From Candidatus Sulfotelmatobacter sp. (GTDB lineage Bacteria; Acidobacteriota; Terriglobia; Terriglobales; Acidobacteriaceae): a DNA stretch of 64,000 bases. The notes below the pieces were generated by a model, which worked only from the letters and a program-made list of their open reading frames with translations, was not told the DNA's origin and searched no databases. The DNA lies in the NCBI GenBank assembly GCA_049584475.1, contig JBAUXX010000004.1, positions 5,218 to 69,217 on the forward strand, read 5' to 3'. Both the position numbers and the translations under genes were made by a program. This document shows, piece by piece, positions 57,201 through 64,000 of this stretch; the first letter of the stretch is position 1; every line of letters starts with the position of its first letter.

Positions 57201-58397
57201 ATCGGGAAATGTCTGTCGATTGAAACCAAAAGACTCGGCAGTCCCACGCAACGGGCAGACGTCGCTAAAATCGAAAACCTGTGAGACCAGCCCGTTCGCA
57301 TTCGGAGAACTCAAATTCTCGCGAATTCCCTGAGGCGTCATCACCAACCCTCGCTCTTTCAGCGAAGGTACCGCCTGGTTGTAATCCGTTGGCGTTTTTT
57401 CCAGACGAACTTCTTCCGAGAAAAAGAAAAATGTCTTATTCCTTTTTGTGTTGTAAGCATGGGGAATAAAAAGAGGGCCGCCGATGGTTCCACCGAAATC
57501 CTGCCGCCGGTAGAGCGGCGCACCCCCCACGGGATCGAAATAATTGCGCGAGTTGAATGCTTCGTTGCGAACGAAATCGTAAATATTCCCGTGCAGCTTT
57601 TCGGTTCCGGACTTCGTAGTTACCTGCACTGTGCCCGAGGCCGTGCGGCCGAATTGCGCGCCGTAGTTGGAAGTCAGCACTTTCACTTCCTGAATAGCAT
57701 CCAGGCTGGGATAGACCATCAGCGTGCTGGATGCACCGTTCAGTCCGGTGTTAAGCACGTCACTGCCGTCTACTTCAAACGTGTTGTATTCGACGCGTCC
57801 GCCGTTCACGCTGTACTTCACACTGCCGACCACTCCGACTTTGGCTTCATCCTGCCCAGTCTGGTTGCTAACGCCAGGCGCAAGCGCGATGAGTTGCGTG
57901 AAATTGCGGCCGTTGAGTCCGATATTAACGACTTCCTTTTGCGTGATCGTCCCGGAAACGCTGGCGCTTTCGGTTTCCACTTTACCGACGCCGTTCGATT
58001 CCACGTTCACTTCAGTTTTTTCGGCTGCCAGTTCCATCGAAGCGTCCAACGTTAATTCAAGGCCCGGGGTTAGTGTGATGTAGTCGAGAGTCTTAACGGC
58101 GAAGTTAGGAACCGTGACGGACACGCTGTAAGTGCCGGCGTCGACACCGGTGAAAGAGTATGCGCCCTTCTCGTTGGTCTGAGTCTTCTGTGTAACTCCC
58201 GCGGCGTTAGTCAAGACCACCACTGCGTGTGGCAAGACTGCCTGAGTGTTATCCGTAATTGTGCCGCGAATGGCGCCTTTGTCCTCCGATTTGTTCTGTT
58301 GCTCCTGACCGACCGCAACCCAGGGCAGCAGAAGCAATAGCGCAACGACACAACTATGGCGAGAAAAGTCGCTACGCGAAATGAATCTCACGAACAC
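54252..58397 (-). CDS. TonB-dependent receptor with N-terminal carboxypeptidase-regulatory-like domain
   Basis: 1381 aa, GTG start, signal peptide. CarboxypepD_reg-like GAIRGTITDNTQAVLPHAVVVLTNAAGVTQKTQTNEKGAYSFTGVDAGTYSVSV. Plug region (LNGRNFTQLIALAPGV). Long beta-barrel ending ...RTIQFGLKWGF (terminal aromatic). Confidence 0.9.
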   Translation of the reverse strand: MFVRFISRSDFSRHSCVVALLLLLPWVAVGQEQQNKSEDKGAIRGTITDNTQAVLPHAVVVLTNAAGVTQKTQTNEKGAYSFTGVDAGTYSVSVTVPNFAVKTLDYITLTPGLELTLDASMELAAEKTEVNVESNGVGKVETESASVSGTITQKEVVNIGLNGRNFTQLIALAPGVSNQTGQDEAKVGVVGSVKYSVNGGRVEYNTFEVDGSDVLNTGLNGASSTLMVYPSLDAIQEVKVLTSNYGAQFGRTASGTVQVTTKSGTEKLHGNIYDFVRNEAFNSRNYFDPVGGAPLYRRQDFGGTIGGPLFIPHAYNTKRNKTFFFFSEEVRLEKTPTDYNQAVPSLKERGLVMTPQGIRENLSSPNANGLVSQVFDFSDVCPLRGTAESFGFNRQTFPDCPSVSGSPTLLQPIYNLLGQQQSTGPANVGVDKNALAILEANLIPLPNSATGCNYTVPNPDPTDPNHCYNAAVSPSTYWREELFHIDQAVTEKIRASFRYIHDSWDTTVLTPQWGVVRDTFPTVQNRFTGPGTSLVARLTYTISPTLINELAVSYVDSNISLVDQNGPGNARFQRNPALNQPLVNDPSAPGQCNPQLSLDPASGIPQCAMGYLFNNGFGGKMPGINFLGTNAAYGGRGFAADPSYMPWSHTNPTYALRDDVGKSIGKHTLQFGGQYVLSQRNQRNNAIGAASGDVQGLLTFSNLAHSTGNAFADFLTQYEFNGVTSGYIQSFTQDSAQRRYYQTYQIAEPYFQDDWKVTPRLTVNLGLRVSLFGTYREKYENAWNWEAAKFDASRFAVDPFSGVLLDKNDSSAPVPFNPTTFQIDPSVVSDLGLVQCGVSGTPAGCMKGHLFNPAPRVGFAWDPTGDGKTSVRGGYGIFFEHGTGNEANTGSLEASSPLVLSMTQPLPLNYPCIGNVGYGAAFDPSNSACTLNASHPAPPAGSVYPLDVTGIPTKAIWPYAQQWSFGVQRELSHDILANIAYVGSKGTHLTIERQLNQLPPLPASENPFGPNEPLALSDCDVSPIAGAAHPGDGTTPFLLQSGTIVTPQNPAYTYLQAACTSPFIPNVNSLPRPYPGLGKILSLQNVADSDYHALQVTLRRSRGPLTAGLSYTYSHSLDDASDRSDPVLVDSYNLRENRASSNFDERHLLNVSYLYQIPNFAHGFWNAAIAPEPQDPSATSGCCSRFVNELFGGWEISGVTLYQSGTPFTVINSAGNTGISLTDNAGVSSGLGIAESYPDVVRGVRPPTNTFQSFGPLLGNPSEFVAPRGLTFGDAGRNFLNNPSRLNFDMSLLKHFKVTESSDLEFRAEFFNIFNHTQFRIYDPDNPGSSGNNIVSCYAGPQYSAGFQASGGADCVTGASFLHPLDAHRPRTIQFGLKWGF

Positions 58398-58783
58398 CTC
58401 GGCGGCAGTTAGTTAGTTGGTTTGGTTTGCTGGGAAAACGAAGGCGGATATTACAGGAGTAAAAGCGCGTAAATGTTAACGCCACATGAAACGTTGATGA
58501 ACAGACAGCAACTATCGCCGCGCACTTAGTTAGCGACATCAAGTCACGAACAGTTCACAAACTCTTCATCCTGCTGTAACAGGCGGGAAGGTATGCTCCG
58601 CCTGACCTCCAAACGCAAGTCGTGATGCGTTCTAGTAGCAAGCCCAGGGAGGTTTCTCGTTTGCCGTCCGCCCCTGTTGAAAGACTTTTGAAGAGTTTGA
58701 CTACAAAAACTTGAACTCCTGCGTGCGACGAACGCGTCGCATGTCCGATGAAGCGGTTTTGCCAACTTCAGAAAGGAATACCC

Positions 58784-60517
58784 ATGACGCGTATGAAATC
58801 AATCTTCGCGGCGCTATTGCTGGCTGCGATCGTGAGCGTTGTGCCTCAGGCACACGCACAAACCGCCAAGGTGATACTGGCGGGCTCTTCCGCTATGTGG
58901 CAGACAATGGCGCTTGCCGCGTACAAGAGTGGCGCTTGTGTCTCTGGTGGAACCGCTCCGTGTTTCCATTACACCGGAAGCAACTTTAACCTCACCGACG
59001 GACGTCCGACAACCAAGGGCGGTTCGACGGCAGTCGACCTCGGCAATGTCTGGATCGTATGGGATAGTGCCGCCACGCCAAATGTCTGGGCATACATCAA
59101 AGTGGATTCCGGTGTGGGCGATCGCTGCTATTTTGCTCAACCCCGCTGCAACATCAACATCAGCTCTTTCCCGGCTCCCGCGAACCTGATCACCCCGAAC
59201 ACGCTTTGGGGCGACAACTCTGCGGATTCCACTCCGCCGGCATCGGTAATCGCTTTGTTCACCAGCGGATCGTTGCTGATCAATACGGCAGCTACTGATA
59301 TCCGTCCGGAAGATGCCCTGTTCGCCACATGCCGTGCCAATTCGACGCTGGGTGGTGGCATTGATGGACTCGCCGGTCTCGGTTATGGCGCCAACACTGC
59401 GGGCGCTTGCCCCGTTTTCGGAGCTACGCTTGCGCACCTGGAAGGCAGCGATATTCTTAGCGGCTACCCAGCGAGCACCTCCACTGCCCACGTTTTGGCT
59501 TTCGCCATCAGCGGTAAAGATCCCTTTACCGGTACTGCAATTCCCGCGGCGACTACCGTCTCTGTTGGCGCCTCGCCGGTCATCTTTATTGCTCAGCGTA
59601 CGGGCGCGCTCAAGACCGTAACCAACGCCACCGACGCTGAACTTCAAGAAGTGTTTAGCGGTACAAACTGTAACGCCAGCGCTTTCGGAGTTTCCGCCGC
59701 AAACATCGACGTTTACCTTCGCGAACCTCTTTCCGGCACGATGAACACAACGGAATACAGCGTGTTCCGTTACCCGGCATTTTCCGGCATCAGCCAGGAA
59801 AAGAATGTGAATGCCGTGAATCCGCTCGCCAGCAACTGCGTGGCAGGCGGGAAACGCTTCCGCGCCATCGGAACCGGGGAAGAAGTTAAGTCCGTTCAGA
59901 ACTCGGGAACAAACAATGGTAACGACGGCATCGGCTACACCTTCTTCAGCTATGGCAATGTCTCCAGCATCGCAGACAGCGCCAGTTACGGCTATCTCAC
60001 CCTGGACGGAATCGACGGAATCTTCCATCGGTATGGAAGCACGATCGATCCCGGACAGCCCTCCATCGCCGGCGCTTTGCCGTCGAACACCACGCTTCCC
60101 ACCAGCTGCGCGGGCAACTTCCCCTGCGCGGAAAATAAAATCTGGAGCGGCAACCTGTCGTTCCCGAACCTGCGCAATGGCTCATATCGCGCATGGTCTA
60201 CCCTGCGCATCGTGAGCAACGGGACTCCGCTGGCTGCCGCCAATTTGTTGGTGACGGGCGCGCAGACCTACGTGGTTAACGTCGTTCCGGACTTTGTTCC
60301 CGCGCTGAAGGTCGCCACGACTGATCCGGGTCTTCCGCTCTTGCGTTCGCACTACACGCAAGAAGGCGTGGCCCCGGTGAACATCGCGACCACCGGCGAC
60401 CGAGGTGGTGACGCAGGTGGTTGCATCCTGACCAGCAGCGGCGCTTCTGCAACTTCGGACACCACCACCAAGCTGGCTCAGTCTGAAGCCGGCAGTTCGT
60501 GCGTTTCTGTGCCGTAA
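58784..60517 (+). CDS. Secreted PstS-like/PBP-fold substrate-binding-like protein (tentative)
   Basis: Start trimmed to MTRMKSIFAALLLAAIVSVVPQAHAQ. TAKVILAGSSAMWQTMALAAY resembles the first strand and helix of PBP_like_2 proteins. The rest carries no motif I can name. Confidence 0.4.
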   Translation: MTRMKSIFAALLLAAIVSVVPQAHAQTAKVILAGSSAMWQTMALAAYKSGACVSGGTAPCFHYTGSNFNLTDGRPTTKGGSTAVDLGNVWIVWDSAATPNVWAYIKVDSGVGDRCYFAQPRCNINISSFPAPANLITPNTLWGDNSADSTPPASVIALFTSGSLLINTAATDIRPEDALFATCRANSTLGGGIDGLAGLGYGANTAGACPVFGATLAHLEGSDILSGYPASTSTAHVLAFAISGKDPFTGTAIPAATTVSVGASPVIFIAQRTGALKTVTNATDAELQEVFSGTNCNASAFGVSAANIDVYLREPLSGTMNTTEYSVFRYPAFSGISQEKNVNAVNPLASNCVAGGKRFRAIGTGEEVKSVQNSGTNNGNDGIGYTFFSYGNVSSIADSASYGYLTLDGIDGIFHRYGSTIDPGQPSIAGALPSNTTLPTSCAGNFPCAENKIWSGNLSFPNLRNGSYRAWSTLRIVSNGTPLAAANLLVTGAQTYVVNVVPDFVPALKVATTDPGLPLLRSHYTQEGVAPVNIATTGDRGGDAGGCILTSSGASATSDTTTKLAQSEAGSSCVSVP

Positions 60518-60536
60518 TTAAAACCCAATCAACACG

Positions 60537-60565
60537 GGGGCGAGCGCGTCAAAACCGCTCGCCCC
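60537..60565 (+). terminator. Hairpin downstream of 58784-60517 (possible intrinsic terminator)
   Basis: GGGGCGAGCG (60537-60546) pairs perfectly with CGCTCGCCCC (60556-60565) across a 9-nt loop, 20 nt after the stop. Only a weak T tract follows (ttaacaaataatt). Confidence 0.4.
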
Positions 60566-60632
60566 TTAACAAATAATTAACGCCAGGCTTGTTGCCGGCA
60601 GCAGACTTCGCGGAACCTTGCGCAGCACATTC

Positions 60633-61616
60633 ATGAAAATGCCGACTCTTACAATTGCACTCCTATTCTTATCGCAACTTCTTTGCCCACAGCTTGGCGC
60701 CGCTCAATTTCTGCCCGCGTCTCCTCCCATCGCCGACCCATCCGATACCCGTTTCCGAGGCGTTACGGAGGATTGGACCACGCCCGCGCTGGGAACCAGC
60801 AACCTGAGACCAGTTCACGCGCTCATTGCCAACGTGGACGACGAACCCACCTATACCGTGGAACTCATTCAAGTACAGTGGCGCTTCGGCGATCCGCTGG
60901 ATCTTTACGTGATGAAGCCGAAAGGAGTCAGCAAGCCTCCGGTCATCCTCTATCTTTACGGCTATCCCGCCGGTACAGATCGCTTCAAGGATCCCACGTT
61001 CCAGAAAGCAGTAACCAGGGATGGCTTTGCCGCCGTGGGGTTCGTCTCCGCTCTCACCGGACACCGCTATCACGACCGTCCGATGCGCGAATGGTTTCTC
61101 AGCGAATTGCAGGAATGCCTCGCTACATCCGCACATGATGCGCAAATGGTTTTGGATTATCTCGCCACCCGCGACGATCTCGACATGCACCGCGTGGGGA
61201 TGTTCACACAAGGATCGGGATCTGATATCGCGATTCTCGCCTCGGCAGTCGATCCAAGAATCAAGGTTCTGGATACGCTGGATCCCTGGGGCGATTGGCC
61301 GGCGTGGATGGCCGATTCTTCCTTCGTGCCTGAGGATGAACGCTCGCAGTACATCAAGCCTGAGTTCTTAGAGCGAGTAGCGATCCTGGAACCCGTCGAG
61401 TGGTTCCCGAAAGTTCAGGCAAAGAGGGTTCGCCTTCAGGATGCGATCTTTGAGCCGATCACGCCAAAGGCCGCCAAAGAAAAGTTGCGCTCGGCTGTTC
61501 CTGCTCGTGCGAATGTCGTGATCTACAAGACTCCGGCAGATTTCAACGCAGTCGTAAGAGACCACAACGATCTGAAATGGATCGAGCGCGAGCTCCAGCT
61601 GTTGCCGGATAAGTAG
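60633..61616 (+). CDS. Secreted alpha/beta-hydrolase-fold-like protein (tentative)
   Basis: Signal peptide MKMPTLTIALLFLSQLLCPQLGAAQ. PPVILYLYGYPAGTD and HRVGMFTQGSGSDIAIL resemble the beta-strand/nucleophile-elbow region of dienelactone-hydrolase/AXE1-like enzymes. A clean GxSxG is not evident. Confidence 0.4.
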   Translation: MKMPTLTIALLFLSQLLCPQLGAAQFLPASPPIADPSDTRFRGVTEDWTTPALGTSNLRPVHALIANVDDEPTYTVELIQVQWRFGDPLDLYVMKPKGVSKPPVILYLYGYPAGTDRFKDPTFQKAVTRDGFAAVGFVSALTGHRYHDRPMREWFLSELQECLATSAHDAQMVLDYLATRDDLDMHRVGMFTQGSGSDIAILASAVDPRIKVLDTLDPWGDWPAWMADSSFVPEDERSQYIKPEFLERVAILEPVEWFPKVQAKRVRLQDAIFEPITPKAAKEKLRSAVPARANVVIYKTPADFNAVVRDHNDLKWIERELQLLPDK

Positions 61617-61713
61617 CATCCGAAGCCCATGTTCGCAGAGCGCTGGCGCAAGGCGGAAGCAATGTCTGCTCCGATCTGCGGGATAAGAATTCGAAAATTT
61701 GTGTGGGAGACCA

Positions 61714-62190
61714 ATGATGAATTTGTCACGTACAAAGATGATCGCGCTGGCATTGCTGTGCTTAGCGTTGCCGCTGCGATATGTGCAAGCGCAGGCGACG
61801 GCGGCCGCGATCGCAGCTTCGAGTCCGTTCAGCTACGACGTCAGCAAAGAAGTCACATTGAAGGGCACAGTGTCGAGCGTTCTGGCCACGTCCACTCGCG
61901 GAATGCTCCCAGGTTCGCACCTGCTCCTCGCGACTCCTTCCGGGCCGGTGGATGCAAGCTTAGGCACCTTCGGATTGCGCGGGAAGGGCGCGCTTTCCGT
62001 TGAGGCAGGCCAGCAGGTTGAAGTGACCGGCGTGATGAAGACTCTTAAGAACGGACCAGTTTTCCTGGCCCGAACCGTAAGAGTTGGCAAGCAGGTTTAT
62101 GCGATCAGGAACGAGCACGGAGTTCCCGTGTCACCGCAAGCGCGTGACCGCGCAAGCCGGAAGAGCACGCCGAATGGAGAGACCATATGA
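61714..62190 (+). CDS. Small secreted hypothetical protein
   Basis: ATG at 61714 after GGGAGA. Signal peptide MMNLSRTKMIALALLCLALPLRYVQAQA. The stop overlaps the next gene's ATG (ATGA at 62187-62190), implying translational coupling. Confidence 0.5.
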   Translation: MMNLSRTKMIALALLCLALPLRYVQAQATAAAIAASSPFSYDVSKEVTLKGTVSSVLATSTRGMLPGSHLLLATPSGPVDASLGTFGLRGKGALSVEAGQQVEVTGVMKTLKNGPVFLARTVRVGKQVYAIRNEHGVPVSPQARDRASRKSTPNGETI

Positions 62191-64000
62191 ACCGCAAGAT
62201 TTGGTCCTCGGTGCTTGCCATCATGTTCGTGACGGGGCTCACGAACTGCGGTTCGAGTAAACATACTCCGCCCAATGTGAATAACACTCCGCCGGTCGAG
62301 CGTGTCACGGCGACGAGTGGAACTCCGCAAAGCCACGCGATCAATGCGGCATTTGGCGCGGCGCTGGTGGCGACTGTGACCATGAACGGAGCGCCAGCCA
62401 GCGGTATCGTGGTGACGTTTGCGGCACCGGCAAGCGGGCCCAGTGCAACTTTCTCTGACACCAACTCCCAGACGGCAACCGGAACGACCGATTCCACCGG
62501 CGTGGCCACATCCCCCGCGGTGGCCGCGAATGGCACTGCGGGAAGCTATGCGGTGACGGCCTCAGTTGCGGGAGTGACAACACCAGCGACTTTCAATCTC
62601 ACCAACACAATCGGAGCGCCGGCCAGGATTACGGCTACAGGCGGAACGCCGCAAGGCGCGCCAACCAACACAGCGTTTGCAGCCCCGCTGGTAGCCACGG
62701 TCGTGGACAGTGGACAGAATCCAGTGGGCGGCGCGCTGGTCACGTTTTCGGCGCCGGCAACGGCGGCGAGCGGAATATTCGCCGACTCCGGCAGCAGCAC
62801 TACTACGGCTATGACTAATGCAAGCGGCGTGGCCACCTCTGCGATGTTCACCGCGAACGGAATTTCCGGCGCGGATACGGTGACTGCAACAGTGGCGGGA
62901 GTGTCGACGCCAGCCAACTTCTTGCTGACCAACATGGCGGGAGCGCCGGCAAGCATCACCGCGACGGGAGGAACGCCGCAAACCGCCGCTATCAACACAG
63001 CGTTTGGAGCGCCGCTCGTGGCAACGGTATTCGACGCTGCCTCGAACCCGGTGAGCGGGGTGGCAGTGACGTTCACCGCTCCAGCGGGTTCATCAGCCGC
63101 GACTGGCACGTTCACCAATGGAATGGCTACGGAAACGGATACGACCGACGCGAATGGCATGGCCACTTCAACCACATTCTCCGCGAACGGAGTGGCTGGT
63201 GGGCCTTACACCGTGACGGCCATGGTGGCGGGAGTAGCGACGCCGGCCAATTTCACTCTGACCAACCGGGTTTCCGCAAACACCTATGTGTTTTATCTGA
63301 ACGGGCAAGAAATTACGGGACCAAATTTCTATGCCCTCGCCGGATCGGTTGAAATCGATCCGAACGGCAATGTTCTTGCCGGGGAACAGGACTATAACGA
63401 CGCGCTGGGGCTCACTTCACCCGAGCCTGGCGGCGACATAATCAGCGGAGGAACGCTCACGGTTGATCCAACAACCGGCCAGGGAACGCTCACATTGATC
63501 ACGAACAACTCGAGTGTCGGCGCGGCCGGAGTGGAAACTCTGGGAGTGCAATTTGTAAACAGCAATCACGCGCTGATCGTTCAGTTTGATGGGACGGCAA
63601 GCTCCAGCGGAAGTATGGACTTGCAGACCTTGCCCGGCACGTTAAGCGGAGGCTACGCCTTTACCCTTACCGGGGTCGACATGTTCTATAGCCCTGTGGC
63701 GTATGGTGGTGTGTTCTCCACCAGTGACGGCGTCACATTGCAGAACGGTTTACTCGACACGAATGACGATGGAGTAGTGACAATCGGAGGGCCTCTCACC
63801 GGAACGCTTTCTGCGCCGGATTCCTTCGGACGCGGAACGATCACCAACAACATCAGTTACTCCGGTTCGATCGTCAACCTCAACTACTACATTGTTGGTT
63901 TGGAAGCTATCAGGATCATCGACGTGGATCCTTCCGATTCGGCCATCGGTTCGGCTTTCGGTCAGGGTGCAAACGCGACTGCTTCCGGCAACGCATCGCT
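62187..64000 (+). CDS. Surface lipoprotein: 3 tandem Big_1-like Ig repeats plus a module paralogous to 50094-52049 (3' end beyond window)
   Basis: Absent from the ORF track (no in-window stop). Hand translation MNRKIWSSVLAIMFVTGLTNCGSS (lipobox) stays open to the window end. Repeats read ITATGGTPQ..NTAF.APLVATV.D....PV.G..VTF.AP......F........T...G.ATS..F.ANG..G..TVTA.VAGV.TPANF.LTN. The minus-strand ORFs 62105-63175 are antisense shadows. Confidence 0.8.
   Translation, partial: MNRKIWSSVLAIMFVTGLTNCGSSKHTPPNVNNTPPVERVTATSGTPQSHAINAAFGAALVATVTMNGAPASGIVVTFAAPASGPSATFSDTNSQTATGTTDSTGVATSPAVAANGTAGSYAVTASVAGVTTPATFNLTNTIGAPARITATGGTPQGAPTNTAFAAPLVATVVDSGQNPVGGALVTFSAPATAASGIFADSGSSTTTAMTNASGVATSAMFTANGISGADTVTATVAGVSTPANFLLTNMAGAPASITATGGTPQTAAINTAFGAPLVATVFDAASNPVSGVAVTFTAPAGSSAATGTFTNGMATETDTTDANGMATSTTFSANGVAGGPYTVTAMVAGVATPANFTLTNRVSANTYVFYLNGQEITGPNFYALAGSVEIDPNGNVLAGEQDYNDALGLTSPEPGGDIISGGTLTVDPTTGQGTLTLITNNSSVGAAGVETLGVQFVNSNHALIVQFDGTASSSGSMDLQTLPGTLSGGYAFTLTGVDMFYSPVAYGGVFSTSDGVTLQNGLLDTNDDGVVTIGGPLTGTLSAPDSFGRGTITNNISYSGSIVNLNYYIVGLEAIRIIDVDPSDSAIGSAFGQGANATASGNAS
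62304..63266 (+). repeat. Three tandem coding repeats of about 325 bp (Big_1-like domains)
   Basis: Repeat units are approx 62304-62627, 62628-62954 and 62955-63266. Each ends ...TPA(T/N)F.LTN and restarts (V/I)TAT(S/G)GTPQ. Confidence 0.7.

Noticed and set aside
58398-58783. Possible cobalamin or other riboswitch upstream of the TonB-dependent receptor
   Set aside because: I looked for a B12-box-like core and other familiar riboswitch cores on both strands and saw none. Only the inverted repeat, reported separately, was found.
58814-60028. 404-aa minus-strand ORF opposite the PBP-like gene
   Set aside because: The plus-strand frame has a signal peptide, an SD-like site and a downstream hairpin. 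The minus-strand product is Arg/Gly-rich and featureless. My functional call for the plus-strand gene is itself weak.

Overview
This is a high-GC bacterial chromosome segment. The gene content looks like Acidobacteriota: SusD-less TonB-dependent receptors with a carboxypeptidase-regulatory-like N-terminus, many secreted CAZymes, and an ECF sigma factor. That phylum call is an inference, not a database result.

The window falls into four blocks.

(A) 1-16.0 kb is a compact orphan biosynthetic locus. It holds a MacB/DevBCA-type tripartite exporter operon (MFP, ATPase, 2x FtsX permease), a 785-aa B12-binding-type radical SAM protein, and a single-module NRPS with C-A-T-C architecture. The hand-read A-domain code is DILQLGMIWK, which predicts Gly. 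The block also holds an FkbH-like glyceryl-loading enzyme, a free-standing PCP and two GT-A-type glycosyltransferases.

(B) 16.1-18.6 kb holds a CPBP protease, an ECF sigma factor, a non-zinc anti-sigma factor and a VOC-family enzyme.

(C) 19.2-49.5 kb is bracketed by a perfect 56-bp direct repeat. The repeat is the 3' 48 nt of tRNA-Asp plus 8 nt of flank. An intact tRNA-Asp(GUC), a tyrosine integrase and an excisionase sit at the right end, and further tRNA-Asp scars lie inside.
- The cargo is a LacI-controlled hemicellulose-debranching CAZyme set: CE1-like esterase, GH51, tannase/feruloyl esterase, GH3, GH31, GH29 and a GH9-like protein.
- It also carries an ankyrin protein, an amidohydrolase, AraC and TetR regulators and several SDRs.
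- One SDR is an AT-rich xenolog that has replaced the 3' part of a now frameshifted resident paralog.

(D) 50.1-64.0 kb holds a TonB-dependent receptor operon with two large surface lipoproteins. A divergent operon ends in a partial Big_1-repeat lipoprotein whose C-terminal region is paralogous to one of those lipoproteins.

Two edge-truncated genes (1-460 minus strand, 62187-64000 plus strand) are absent from the ORF track and were found by hand translation. No rRNA, CRISPR array or transposase was seen. All family calls rest on motifs I read in the translations; none is a database hit.
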